Of a DNA stretch of 64,000 nt, positions 26,011 to 38,789 are shown piece by piece. The stretch comes from Eledone cirrhosa (Eukaryota): contig OZ024743.1 of assembly GCA_964016885.1 (NCBI GenBank), forward strand, positions 339,202,001 through 339,266,000, in the 5' to 3' direction. Each line of letters starts with the position of its first letter. Within the stretch, counting starts at the first letter, position 1. The notes under the pieces are model-generated. The model was not told the origin of the DNA. It was given only the letters and a program-made list of their open reading frames with translations, and ran no database searches. A program made the translations under genes and the position numbers.

Positions 26011-26958
26011 ATTCGTCTTTTAAATACCAACTTAAAAGAACCAACACGGCACTCTCAGAACTCATATGATCCTTGAAAGACAAAAATATTAAATATAACA
26101 TCTCTTGAAAAAAGGTTTCTTCTGCTTTTTCATACTTGAACAGTTCTCTATCCAAGACTTGCAATCTCTGTTTAAATGAAAAATTTACCATTATATCTAA
26201 TTTAGATTCTATAATAAATAGACGCACTGACTTGTTTTCTCTCTGCATAAATTCCACAGAACATTCCATAAAGTATACAGCTAATATCTAATACTTTATC
26301 AATTTAAAATCCTTTCTCAAAGGCACATATATATATATATATATACTTCTTTAAAAATATACCCATCTTTCTACCTTATTTCAAAGTTATTTATTATACA
26401 TTATATAATACTAGTTACTCATTCTATATCACTCCTATTTATCACTTCCCTTTCTTCCTTTTCCTTTTCTTTTCTTTTTCTTTTAATTTATAACCCCTAA
26501 TCTGTACCCTTTCTCATTGTGCCTAACATAGAATCAATTATTACACAGTACAATATATTCCTACTTTATATCACATTGAAAAAATCCTTCGTAAACATAA
26601 ACATTTTTTGACGTTAGATTATTCATCCTCAATTCATTATTTTTTCTCCCTTTCATGCTCATCTAACTTTTTCATCCTATCTTCGACTTCTTTCACAATA
26701 TATCCTTACTTACATTACTATTGCTATATATTTTTTTAATAATACATATCAACATTTTCTTTCCATCGCACATATTATTAAACCCTTAAATATTATTCTT
26801 AATACATATTAACAATTTCTTTTCATCGCACATATTATTAAACCCTTCAATATACAAACCTTAATTTAACATTATTTGATGATGATGTGCAGCAACCTGA
26901 TCCACTTAGACATCGTCTGCTCAAATTGGTGAGCCAATAGTAACTTAGTTACACACCA

Positions 26959-27059
<101 letters not shown>

Positions 27060-27425
27060 GCTTTGTTCCCATTTATTATGTATGTGTGTATAGTTACACA
27101 CCAATATATTATATATATATATTCATTAGTTAAGCAAAACAAGACCACAAACTTCACAAGGAAGACATTATTAAAAGATTGTCAACATATTTTAGTTTGA
27201 TGTAAGGAATGTAGAGAATAATAATAATAATAATATTAATAATAATAATGTCCGTTTACAATTGTTTTGCTACTCCATATAATATTTTTGGATCAGATGA
27301 CTATATATCATAATTGATCTGGTTCAGTTGAAAATAATTAACATATTTAAAAAAACAGGAATAACTTCCTCACTACATTAGCAACAACTATAAAATAATT
27401 TAAAGATAGCAACCTCTTACATGTT

Positions 27426-29574
27426 ATGTCTGACAAAACTAAAAATCTATACACCATGACTCCTGAAACTTACAACTCTTTCCTTCTTAAAGAACTCAAT
27501 AAAAACTATAAAAAAACTACACCCTCCAGTGTAAACGTACTTAACCGAAAAGCCCAGGCTTTGGTTAAGGACTTGCATTTGGATAGATTTACCCACCCTT
27601 ATGTACCAACAACCCCAAGGTTCTCTCTCAAGGATCACAAGTCAAACTTTATAGAGAACCTATCCATTAGAATCATAAGCCCAACCACATCTGACCTGGG
27701 CCGCATCAGTAAGAACATCCTTGATAGGATAATCCCTGGGCTACGGGATGATACCACCTACAAGTTGTGGTCCAACACCGGCCAAGTCATCAGATGGTTC
27801 TCCAATCTAAGGTCCAAGCAATCTATGAGGTTCATCCAATTTGATATAGACAGCTATTACGCGTCAATAACCCCGGAACTGCTCAACAACGCACTAACCC
27901 TAGCCACCACCAACTCGGACATAACCAATAATGAGATTAACATCATACTCATGGCTAGGAAGACTATCATTGAATTCAACGGAGCACTCTGGACTAGAAA
28001 AGATAGAACAGACAACTTTGACATTACGATGGGCTTAAGTGACTCCGCGCAAATCACCGATTTAGTTGGAATTTACCTATTACGTAACATCAGAGCCGAA
28101 ATCCAACCCATGCAAGGCGGAATATACAGGGACGACGCCCTATTTGCAGTCCACAATTACACTAATCGGGGAATTGATTTGCTAAAGAAACAATTTCATA
28201 GATTCTTCAAAAATAACGGTCTCTCTATCACCATCGAGCTGAACCATAAAGTAGTAAACTTCCTAGACGTCACCCTTGATCTCAACAATAACCTTTATAA
28301 CCCTTACCATAAACCAGGTGAAATACTCACATATATTAGCCCACACTCTAACCACCTACCAGCAGTCATCAGAGCAGTAATCAAATCTATCTCCTATAGG
28401 ATCTCAATGCTAGCAGCAAATGAAGAGATATTTATAAACCACGCACAATATTATAATAAGGCTCTCCCTGAATCTGGTTATAAACAATCAATTTATTACA
28501 TACCTAAATGCCATAACACAGCAACTCACCATAATAAACTTAACACTAGAACTAGAAATACTTTTGCATATAGCCAGATTCGCCGGAAATTTAGCAGCAA
28601 CAGCACCTATACATGGAACTTTAATGGTGGCAGCGGCCTGCTCCCCACTCCAAGTAGCAAACTAAAAATCAACCCTAGAATAGGAATGAGAAATAGGATG
28701 ACAAATGACAAATCCCCAGGTAATAACCCTAGGAAGGCCCATACCAACTCCACTAGAACCCCTAGAAGGAATAGACCTAGAAATATCACCTGGCTCAACC
28801 CACCATTCTCATCTAATCTAGCCACTAATATCCCCAAACGCTTCTTCTCTATCCTATCCAATCCCCCCCCCCCCCCCAACCATAGATATTACAAACTCTT
28901 TAATAAAAATAACATTAAAATCTCATTCTCCACAACACCTAACCTAGCTAGCCACATCGTGTTCAGTAACCATCATAAGCTAAGACAGTATAACTCCCAC
29001 ACCGCGGTACCACCACCCCTATCAAATACACCACGCCACTACACCAATAATTACTCTAGTAGCACACCTCCCCCATCTAATCCTTCTAGCACGGACCTAC
29101 CGCTTAGGTTAAACAACCCTACTCTCACTAACCTCAGAAGCAACTGCAACTGCCGTTACCCTAATGCATGCCCATTAAATGGACACTGCCTGACACCCAA
29201 CACAGTCTATAGGTGCACGGTTGAGACTGCTTCGAATACCAGCTCTTATATCGGGTCTACCTCTAACCCTTTTAAGGTATGCTATAACGCGCACTCTTTT
29301 TCCTTCCGAGACCCTAGCAACAGATGTTCGACATCGCTAGCTAGGCTCATTAAAAACCTTAAATTAAACAAAGTTCAACACTCACTAAAATGGGATATCG
29401 TAGCTAGGGCCCAACCGTTCAATGGACGAAGAAAATCTTGTGATCTGTGTTACGGAAGCATATTACATAACTTTATCACGACCTCTACCGATTAACGATA
29501 GAACAGAGGTAACCATTAGCTGTCAACATCGAAGGGCTAATTCCTTTGCCAATAGAATTTTTGACCCAACTTAG
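27426..29574 (+). pseudogene. PLE RT + GIY-YIG ORF (Naiad-like), frameshifted near 29451
   Basis: DKT.NLY, FDIDSYYASI, MG..DSAQITDLVG, IYRDD, CxCx5C linker (CNCRYPNAC), VY..YIGST. After CDLC the homologous frame shifts and continues TEAYYI...SCQH to TAG at 29572-74. Confidence 0.85.
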
Positions 29575-29938
29575 TCATGTAGCCCCAATTTTACTTGTAG
29601 CTAATAAGTTAAATTGCTATGAACAACTCGATAATTATAAGTTACCTCCCCTACATTGTCTCTCAATTAAAAAAATTAAAAACTAGCACTTAACTATAAA
29701 TACTCAATCTCTAATCTCTTGAGAAGTTACTTCCCCTGAAACCACCCTCTAACTAGTAAGGTAAATATGCCCTTTGGCAGCCATCTTGTTACCCATAGGC
29801 AGATCTCACACAATGCAGCCTCGACAGATGAATACTGCTTGATTATGGCTGACAGCTGATGCAACCAAGACACCATAGTAAAAACCAATATATGGAACAT
29901 TATATTATGTAACATTATTTTAATTTATATTCCTTTGA

Positions 29939-30059
29939 GTTCCGATGAGCCACTCTGTTTTTTTAAATATGTTAATTATTTTCAACTGAACCAGATCAAT
30001 TATGATATATAGTCATCTGATCCAGACATATTATATGGAGTAGCGAAACAATTGTAAAC
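29939..30059 (+). ncRNA. Degenerate type I hammerhead with long helix II insert
   Basis: GTT-CCGATGA(29942-48)-GCCACTC...GAGTAGC-GAAA(30045-48)-CAATTG-TA-AAC. Helix III is the palindromic ACAATTGT. The core has a U4>C change. Confidence 0.5.
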
Positions 30060-30375
30060 GGACATTATTATTATTAATATTATTAATATTATTATTATTA
30101 TTCTCTACATTCCTTACATCAAACTAAAATATGTTGACAATATTTTAATTATGTCTTCCTTGTGAAATTTGTGGTCTTGTTTTGCTTAACTAATGAATAT
30201 TTCCAGCTCTGCGCACCTAACTTCTGCATGAACCCAGCCACCTAGCTGCTTTCTACTGCATATTGCACATTGAGCACATGCCTTTACGCTTTGGCTTCTA
30301 ACTAACTCACCAATCTCTCCTCTCATATCTCCTCTATCACCATCTCTCTCTTTAAGATTGGTTACTCTTGAACTG

Positions 30376-30414
<39 letters not shown>

Positions 30415-30645
30415 CTTTGTTCCCATTTATTATGTGTGTGTATATATATGTGATATGTGTATATATATGTGTATATATATGTATATATATATGGCCACCT
30501 CCCTCAGCAAGTGACAAATAGCCAAGACCCTGACCGACCTCTCCCTCATATCACTGCTTCTCCAGTCTGGTTGAGGACACCACATGCACCCAAGTGTTAA
30601 AACGTGGTAGTATCAGTGCCACAATAGAATGCACCCAACACATAC

Positions 30646-30862
30646 TAACACATCTCTTTGTATCTGTGTATGAATCTCAACACAGCTATAACACATTTTT
30701 CTGTATCTGTGTAGTACTATAACACATCTCTTTGTATCTGTGTATGAATCTCAACACAACTATAACACATTTTTCTGTATCTGTGTAGTACTATAACACA
30801 CTTCTTTGTCTCTGTGTATGAATCTCAACACAGCTATAACACATTTTTCTGTATTTGTGTAG
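30646..30862 (+). repeat. 3 x 74-bp tandem repeat, each unit ending in an acceptor-like TTTTTCTGTAT(C/T)TGTGTAG
   Basis: AG ends at 30714, 30788 and 30862. The last one is the exon acceptor. Confidence 0.85.
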
Positions 30863-31019
30863 GTTTTGACCAGTTTTATAATACACCACTTTGTCAACTG
30901 GAGAACATAACTTGTATTGGACCTAATGAGTGTTGTGCCCCAGAAAACAGCGTGCTTCACTTATTTCTGCTGTTTGCAACTGTCTGGCTGGGAGTATCTT
31001 TGTTTAACTTCAAAAATAC
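30863..31019 (+). CDS. SLC4A11: SLC4A11-like transporter, internal exon
   Basis: TAG|..|GTAAGT. Encodes FDQFY...CAPENSVLHLFLLFATVWLGVSLFNFKNT, which joins in phase to PYL of the next exon. Confidence 0.85.
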
Positions 31020-31097
31020 GTAAGTGAGGTTTCCGTGAAAGATCTATATCTTATTTTTCTATGTATATTATTCTCATTTTATTGAATGTTAACTATG

Positions 31098-31161
<64 letters not shown>

Positions 31162-31249
31162 GAGGTTATATTTAATTTGTTGGGATACAAGATAAAAATA
31201 TTTTTATAACTGATATAAAGCACTCAGCAAATTATTGGAGTAAATATAC

Positions 31250-33506
31250 AATATATTAACAAATGGAAACTATATTTATATAACCATATTTATTTTATTA
31301 TACATATTTCAAGGGCCACCAAGGCAAATTATGATGCGCTTTCATCAAATAAAATACAATAGATTAGTTTTATAAATAAATATTGACATACCCTGAAAAG
31401 ATGCAACCTTAACGGTTGGAGCTTCCTTTCTCATTAAGTATTAAAACTCATATTGCTAAATTATTCTTTAATGCTCTAGATAAATACTTTCCTAGAACAC
31501 ATAGATATTACTCAATATTTAATAAACATACTATAAAATTATCGTATTCCACCACTAGTAATTTAGCGCAGAATATTAATAGAATTAATAATAGAAATTT
31601 AAAACCTAACCAGAATACCATTAATAGCCCTAGCAATATCCAATATAATAGTACGACTCCTAGTAACTTAAATTTAGATAAATGTAACTGTAGAAATAAA
31701 TCTAACTGTCCTCTAAATAATAACTGTTTAGTTAAAAATATAGTATACAATTGTAATGTAAAAACTAATGTAAACTCCTTTAATTATGTAGGCTCTACCT
31801 CCACAGATTTTAAGTCCCGTTTTCATAACCACAAATGTTCTTTTACGAATATTAGTAAAAAAAAATCTTCAACTTATCTATCTAATTTACTATGGGACCT
31901 AAAATCAAAGAACATTAACTATTCTTTACTTTGGAATATTATCTCCAAAGCTCCTTCATTCAATGCTTTATCCGAAAATTGTGCTCTTTGTATAGAGGAA
32001 ATATTCTTTATATTAAAAAGTAAGCATTCTGTTAATTTAAGGAATAATTGATTCAGTTCTTGCAAACATCGGTTGAATTCAACTTTTAAATATATATATA
32101 AAATGTAATATATAAATCATCTCTTTTACATAATGTCCTCTATTATTATTACACCTATCCATAAATCATTAGATTCCTTTATATGACTGCTTGGAACTCC
32201 CTTAAAATTTTTCTTGATAAACTTACTGAAGGATTTAAGAAAAATTGTTTGAAAATTCCTTTGACAGGTATAGGAAAATTATATTTTATATTGTATATTT
32301 TTATATTTTTATATTTCTATAGTCTTTTATTTTTCAAATGCTTAATATATATATATCCAAATGTTTATATATATATATGATAAACATAGTGGTTTTTTAT
32401 GTATTTGTGGTATAACCTAAAATTTATACTTTAAATATATTTTATAAATATATTCTTATGAAAATGTCTTATGCTTTAAATATATTCTTATGGAAATTTT
32501 TAAATGTTATAATTTTTATATGTTGTGACTTTATAGCAAGTAAATTTATGTTTCAACTGTTATAACTTTATAACAGGTAAATTTATGACTTTGTATAAAA
32601 TAACATAAGATTCATATTCTAATTACATTCTTAAGATAGAAAATTTAACTTTTTAACTTCTTAACCTTATAGCATTTAATACTTACAGTCATCTGAGTTA
32701 TTAATAAATCACTAATAACTTCCTTTACGCTGTACTGCTATTATAATACAAATAAGGGGTTATTCTTCTGTAAACTCTCGGAATTTTCATAAATTTAGAA
32801 TTATTTGGATACTTTAAATTTTTAACTTACAATTTTTTTAAATAATTAATAATAATATATATATATTTTATAATAATAATATATATGTTTTATAATAAGT
32901 ATATTTTTTAATAATATATAATAGTTTTTAATTTTTTAATAATCTAACATACATATTTAAACTAATTATTAAATTATTAATTAAACATTTAATCAAATTT
33001 ATTAATTAAACCTTTGATAAAATTTGTTCAACCTATCATTATAATGAATCCTGCTGTATTATTCACCCACGCTGTATTCATTTCTTCGCTTCTTCTTTCC
33101 TCTCATGTAAACAAATTTAAGCTATATTTGTCCTTATAACTAATATTTTCTGTCACTTAAATATAATCACGTTTACTCTCTCTCACTGGCAAAAAATATA
33201 TATAAACAGTTCTTTTTCTCTTTTTTTTCTCTTCCAACGGTTTAATTTAAATATACTGTTATTTAAACCTTTCCGACACTCATTTGCATACTCAATCATA
33301 ACAATAAATCTAATATCTCCACTATCCAGGAAGCTCCAACCGTTAAGGTTGCATCTTTTCAGGGTATGTCAATATTTTTTTATGAAACTAATCTGTATTG
33401 TATTTTATCTGATGAAAGCGCACCATAATTTGTTTGGTGGCCCTTGAAATATGTATAATAAAATAAATATGGTTTTATAAATATAGTTTCCATTTGTTAA
33501 TATATT
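31250..33506 (+). mobile_element. Second Naiad-type PLE remnant (GIY-YIG part, ORF 31416-32051) with inverted pLTR piece
   Basis: PFS..IKT.I, CNCRNKSNCPLNNNCL, IVY..YVGST..FKSRFHNH, CALC. Inverted repeats at 31250-31427 and 33328-33506. Confidence 0.82.
33401..33465 (+). ncRNA. Type I hammerhead ribozyme in PLE pLTR
   Basis: Helix I TATTTTAT/ATAAAATA (8 bp). CTGATGA at 33409-15. Helix II AAG..CACCA/TGGTG..CTT. GAAA at 33446-49. Helix III ATA-TG-TAT. AUA triplet ends at 33457. Confidence 0.72.
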
Positions 33507-33863
33507 ATATATATATAATATATATATATATAATATATATATATATATATGATTTACAAAAGAAACAAATCCATTAAAAAAAATAACCAGAAAAAAAGTT
33601 GGGAGTACAGGAGAAAAGTTTTTATCAATTCATCTCATTGAAGTTCTCCCCCTTTGTTAGTGTCTTTCAATTTTTAATACTACCTAAAGCGAGAGTTTTT
33701 GTTATCTAATGGCTTGGATAATCTTAGTTTATCTGAGTTTCTCAGCTGTATCATATATCTGGGACCCTACTATATTACTATTTCCTGCACTATACTATCA
33801 TTACTACCAGTACTATATGCTATGTTTTCTCTATGTACTACTGTATGACTACTATTTGTCCTC

Positions 33864-34010
33864 ATGCTTTGACGCAAAGAGTTACGGCCCTTGCCATTCT
33901 GAGTTCAAATCCCGCCAAGGTTAACTTTGCCTTTCATCCTTACGGGGTCGATAAAATAAAGTACCAGTAATGCACTGTGATAATTGCTGGCCTTGTGCCA
34001 AAAGTAGAAA
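33864..34010 (+). mobile_element. tRNA-derived SINE fragment
   Basis: B-box-like GAGTTCAAATCCCGCC followed by GCCTTTCATCCTT.CGGGGTCGATAAAAT..GTACC, a conserved SINE central block. Confidence 0.6.
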
Positions 34011-34161
34011 CAATTATATAATTCCTATATATACTATATATCACTACTACATGTACAATACTATATTACTACTTCTATGTACCCCTATATCACTAACACC
34101 TATACTATATACTCACTCCATATAACCGTTATATTCTATATTTCAGCAAATACCTAACATA

Positions 34162-35557
34162 TGAGGGTCAGCTGAAAAGTTTATAGACTAAGATACTCTT
34201 ATGAAATGTGACCAAATGAGGTTTATTGTTCAAGATAGTCCTCCTTGCAGTCAATACATGTCTTCCATTGGTGTTGCAGTGCTTCGATCCTGTTGGTGAA
34301 GAAGCTTTCATCCTGTTGATAAAAATAAGTCAGCAGATATGACGTCATCAACAATGCGATACTGTTTCCCAGTTAAGTGTCTTTTTCCTGTTGGATAACA
34401 GATGATAGTCAGATGCAGCCAAATCAGGAGAATAAGGAAGGTGATCTACCAGTTGAAAGCCACAGTCATGCACAGCAGCCATTGAAACCAAGGACTTGTG
34501 TACTACAGTATTACCCTGATGAAACAAGACTCTCTTTCCTCAGTATTCCTGAGTGTTTGGTCTTGAAAGCCTTTTGTAACTTCCTCAGCAAGTTGGCATA
34601 GTACTTGCCATTGATGTTGTGGCCCTTTTGAAGATAATCAATAAACACAATGCATCCCCCAAAACTGAAGCCATCACCTTCCCTGCAGATGAAACAACCT
34701 TGGCCTTCTTTGGAGTAGGTGAGGAGGATGTTTCCATTGCATGGGTTGTCTCTTTGTCTCTGGATGAAAGTGATGAACCCAACACTCATCCTAGGTTAGG
34801 AAATATTCAAGAAACCAGCTGGATCTGTCTCAAACAATGCCAGATTTTCCCATGATGTGATCAGCCTGGTGCACTTTTGATCAGGTGTCAAGATGTTGAA
34901 CCCATCGAGCAGAAACCTTTGTCATGCCAAATTCATTGTGCAGAATGTTCTCAACTCTCTCACAGGATATGCTAATAGCATTGGTTATTTAATTTATAGC
35001 CAATTACCTGTCATCCATCACCATGTTGTGAACACAATCAATGTTTTCTTCAATGTGGTGGCAGTTGCAGGACGTCCAGACCTAGGATCATCTTCAAGTC
35101 TCTCCCTTTCCATCTTAAATTCAGCTGCCTACTTTTGAACTGTTGATAAAGCTGGAGTGTCATCCCCTAATGTAGCAACCATGTCAACATGAATGTCCTT
35201 GAGGGCTAAACCCTTTTTCTGCATTTACTTGATAACACCACAAAACCAAATTTGTCCATTTTCAAAAGAAGTCGCTACTAGTTACTTTTGAAGTCTTCTT
35301 TGAACAGTCAGATGTCATTTTACCTGGAAAGAAACAATGCAGTTATTAATAATGGATTGTCTCTGTGTTGACCACTGGCTGCTGGTCTTTGACCTCTGAG
35401 GCATGTTTGCCTGTGACAGCATTTAGCTGTTTTAATGGCTGTTCTAGCAATGACTTTTCGCATTTTTATATGTAACAAGAGTTGAAATTAATGCAAGGTT
35501 TCACAGCTCTATCATTACTCCATCATAGTCAGCTTAAGAAATTTTCAGCCACTCTCA
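34162..35557 (-). mobile_element. Degenerate mariner (Tc1/mariner) DNA transposon
   Basis: TA-flanked imperfect TIRs TGAGGGTCAGCTGAAAAGTT / AATTTTCAGCCACTCTCA. Transposase fragments PKKAKVVSSAGKVMASV and IDYLQKGHNINGKYYANLL. Confidence 0.85.
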
Positions 35558-35564
35558 TATGTTA

Positions 35565-36073
35565 AATTCTATATTCCAGGTCCTACCTTACATATTATAT
35601 TCTGTATTTCAGCCCCTACCTAATATATATTCTATATTTCAGGTCCTACCTAACATGTTATATTTTATATTCCAGCCCCTACCTAATATATTCTATATTC
35701 CAGGTCCTACCTAATGTATGTTATATTTTGTATTCCAGCCCCTACCTAATATATATTTTATATTTCAGGTCCTACCTAACATGTTATATTCTATGTTCCA
35801 GCCCCTACCTAACAAGTTATATCCTATATTCCAGCCCCAACCAAATATATTCTATATTCCAGCCCCTACCTAATGTATGTTATATTTTGTATTCCAGCCC
35901 CCTACCTAACATGTTATGTTCTATATTCCAGCCCCTACCTAACGAGTTATATGCTATATTCCAGCCCCTACCAAATATATTCTATATTCCAGCCCCTACC
36001 TAATGTATGTTATATTTTGTATTCCAGTTCTTACCTAACGTGTTATGTTCTGTATATTCCAGCCCCTACCTAA
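35565..36073 (+). repeat. Minisatellite, 16 copies of ~28-35 bp, each containing a full 3' splice-site motif
   Basis: Consensus CCTAAC-ATGTTATATTCTATATTCCAG-CCCCTA. The last copy is the true acceptor plus the exon start. Confidence 0.92.
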
Positions 36074-36169
36074 CCTATGCCAAGAGGGAGATATGTTCTG
36101 ACTATGCTCTACCTGCTTCCGTTATAATTATGTCTTTTGTTGGTTCCTACCTCTTTAGGGACATCAAAC
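36063..36169 (+). CDS. SLC4A11: SLC4A11-like exon
   Basis: CAG|..|GTGAGT. PYLTYAKREICSDYALPASVIIMSFVGSYLFRDIK resembles SLC4A11 PYL...REILSD.ALP. Phase-compatible with both neighbours. Confidence 0.88.
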
Positions 36170-36280
36170 GTGAGTAACAACCCCGCCCCCTTTGTTGTGG
36201 TGATGGGGTATATTGCTGTTGTTGTTGGATGGTGTATTGTGTTGTTGGGTGTGGTGTTTATTGTGGTGGTAGAGTAGTAT

Positions 36281-36410
36281 AGGCATGGTTGAGTAGTTAA
36301 GTCTGCATCGCAACTATGTGGTTCTAAGTTCAGTCACACTGTACTACACTTTGGGCAAGTGTCTTCTACCCTAGCCTTGAATTAACCAATGCCTTGTGAA
36401 TGAAATTTGA
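36281..36410 (+). mobile_element. Degenerate tRNA/CORE-type SINE
   Basis: A/B-box-like head followed by a TTGGGCAAGTGTCTTCTAC block. Confidence 0.5.
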
Positions 36411-36439
36411 ATTATGAAAATTGCAGATGCTTATAGTAT

Positions 36440-36925
36440 GTGTGTGTTGCGTTGGTATGGACATGTGATGCGTATGAAGGATGACAGCTGCATAAAAAGG
36501 TGCAGAGCACTAGAAGTCAATAGAAACCGCAGAGTAGGGAGACCCAAGAAGACCTGGGATGAGGTGATAAAAGCCGAACTTACCCAATTACACCTCTCAA
36601 AGGCGATGACACACGACCGTGACCTCTGATGTCACGCAGTAATACAGAGTACCCAACCTCCCATGGGTGCAAGCTGAAGCATATAGACAATATGCCCCCA
36701 CACCCTCCCACTGCAAGGTGGTCGTGGAGGTGCCACGGCAAAAAAGCACTCAGCCCACACTGTAAATGAGGTTGGTGTTAGGAAGGGCATCCAGCTGTAG
36801 AAATCAAGCCAAAATCAGTTCCTGTATGAGCAAGGCATGGTCAGCCGACCAGACACTGCCCACAACAGGACAACCCGTCTAACCCATGCTAGCGTGGAAG
36901 AACGGACGTAAAACGGTGATGATGT
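36440..36925 (+). mobile_element. RTE LINE 3' fragment (same family as 61262-63813)
   Basis: LRWYGHVMRM..GRPKKTWDEVI. The 3' UTR and GATGATG tail match the reverse complement of 61262-61420. Confidence 0.85.
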
Positions 36926-36944
36926 GTGTGTGTGTGTTTCTTCT

Positions 36945-37197
36945 TCACCCACTTATTTCTGAGCGGGCAATGGGGGCAAAGTCCTCAAACACTCCTTCCA
37001 CCTAATCTGGCTGGATCCCCAAGTGAGACCAGCCAAGCTCATGGATGTTATCCAATCATCTTTTTCAAGGTCTCCTGCCACTTGGTTTTGCCCGTAAAGT
37101 CTCTCTAGCAATTCTTTCCTGAGACATTCTAACCACATGCCCATAGTTTGGGAGCTGTGATTTCTCAATTCAAAATAGTTGCAACTCTACCTGGAGT

Positions 37198-37228
<31 letters not shown>

Positions 37229-37830
37229 CCCTTTTTTTTTTCTTTGATTACTGAGCTACACATTCTATCGAGTAATGTTACTCCAAGGGACCCCATTTTG
37301 GCTGCTTGTATTCATGATCATAGTCTTTCAGTCATTACCCAACATTCAAAAAGGTATATGGCCATGGTCCATGAGACCTGCTATGGAAGGTTCTGCTGGA
37401 GTTTGTGATTGATGGTCAGCTTCTTGTTGCTCTGATGTCACTATATGAATGCCCGAGTATTTGTGTTCGGATAAATGGTGCTAAATCAAAACCATTCAAT
37501 GTGGGAGTCGGATCTGCCAAGGGTCCATACTGTCACTGAAAAATCAGTGCTGCAAAAATTGAGACACTCGTTCTGTCAAGGATGCCTGTGCAGTGCACTG
37601 TACATGTGAATAGAGTTCCACTGAAGCATGTGGAGAAGTTCAAGTATCTCGGGACCGTGTTCACAAGTGATGGATGTCAAGAGGCTGAATTAAATGCAAG
37701 AATTGGAGGAGCTGGTGCAGAAATGCGCCAACTTCAGCATTCAGTAATCAGAAAAAGGGAGGTAGGTAGGTGTAAAAGCCAAACTATCTTCAATTCGGTT
37801 TTTGTGCCAACCCTTACCTATGTATGTAAA
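36945..37830 (-). mobile_element. Old RTE-like LINE fragment with 5' inversion
   Basis: Minus piece ECWVMT..IQAA at 36945-37347. Plus piece DLLWKVL..KFKYLG..PTLTY at 37345-37830. Confidence 0.75.
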
Positions 37831-38033
37831 TAATTTTGAAAATAAAGATTTGGAAGGGTTCTGTAATACAACTAAATGTTTCATTAAGTTGGTATTTAGG
37901 GCATAACTTAACAAAGCTGCTTACATAAAATTCACAATGGAAGATTTTTAGATAAATACAAACACTGTAGAATAAAGTTCTATATCATAGAATTGTGGTT
38001 GGTTTTTGGTGGTTTAGTATCATAACGGTTTAA

Positions 38034-38254
38034 CCCTTAACATTTAAACTGGCCATATCCAGCCAGAATTCGCTCAACTCTTTCTGTTGAAACTGGCCGT
38101 AACTGGCTGCTCATCTAATATTAAGGTATTGTTCTCAAAATAAATGATATCAAAATCTCATAGATTCAATATTATGCAAGATAATTTTGTGAGATAAAGC
38201 TTTTACCATGAAAATACAATAGTATATATATAGAATAATGTAAATGCTAAAGGG
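38034..38254. mobile_element. piggyBac-type MITE (TTAA-CCCTT...AAGGG)
   Basis: CCCT/AGGG termini with TTAA flanks. A related copy lies in opposite orientation at 40016-40170. Confidence 0.6.
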
Positions 38255-38292
38255 TTTAAGTCTTGAAAATCAACTTAATCTTTTTATTTCAG

Positions 38293-38464
38293 TTGGTAAA
38301 AGCTTCGACTCTGATAAAATGGTGACAAATATAGGTTTAGTACAATTTTCCAGATTAAGTGTTGGAGCAATATTTGGTGCAATGGGACTTGGCTTCTGTT
38401 TGTCTCTTCTCTTCTTCATGGATCAAAACATATCTGCTGCACTCGTTAACGCACCCCAGAACAA
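38293..38464 (+). CDS. SLC4A11: SLC4A11-like exon
   Basis: CAG|..|GTAAGT. Encodes [30 protein letters not shown]. Confidence 0.92.
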
Positions 38465-38789
38465 GTAAGTATATCTACACTTCAGTATTTTGCTATATAA
38501 ATTCATACATGCATACATATGTAATGTGTGTATGTATGTATGTGTGTGTGTGTGTGTGTGTATTAGGAAGAGTCTGGGACTAGCTGTCAAAACAGCAAGA
38601 GCTCAGCTGTTTGGCCATGACTCTTTCTAATATAGTCATGCTCTACTATCCCAAGTATCAAGTTGAACAATGATCTAACAAATTTAAAACTGGTTCAATC
38701 CTTTACGAGTCGTTTTTTTTCAATTCCAACCTGCCCGTCCCCTTTAATACGCACAAACGTGTGTATATGTGTTTCTCTACTATACCACT

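Larger units (their letters stand above)
27119..30200 (+). mobile_element. Penelope-like element (Naiad-type), 5'-truncated, with inverted pLTR piece
   Basis: Inverted repeats 27119-27358 and 29955-30200 flank an RT-GIY-YIG ORF. There is a degenerate hammerhead at the 3' end. Confidence 0.85.

Noticed and set aside
26009-26269. 86-aa minus-strand ORF
   Set aside because: No recognisable motif and no convincing splice context.
32040-32110. In-frame TGA followed by FSSCKH as possible selenocysteine (reported for some Naiad PLEs)
   Set aside because: The TGA falls at a position expected to be hydrophobic, not Cys, and I recognised no SECIS. A nonsense mutation in a decayed copy is more likely.
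32226-32260. CTGAAGGA...GAAA as another hammerhead
   Set aside because: The core is not CTGANGA, and there are no closing helices I and III.
35565-36073. CRISPR-like appearance of the short repeats
   Set aside because: The spacers are not unique, the context is eukaryotic and there are no cas genes. It is a minisatellite.
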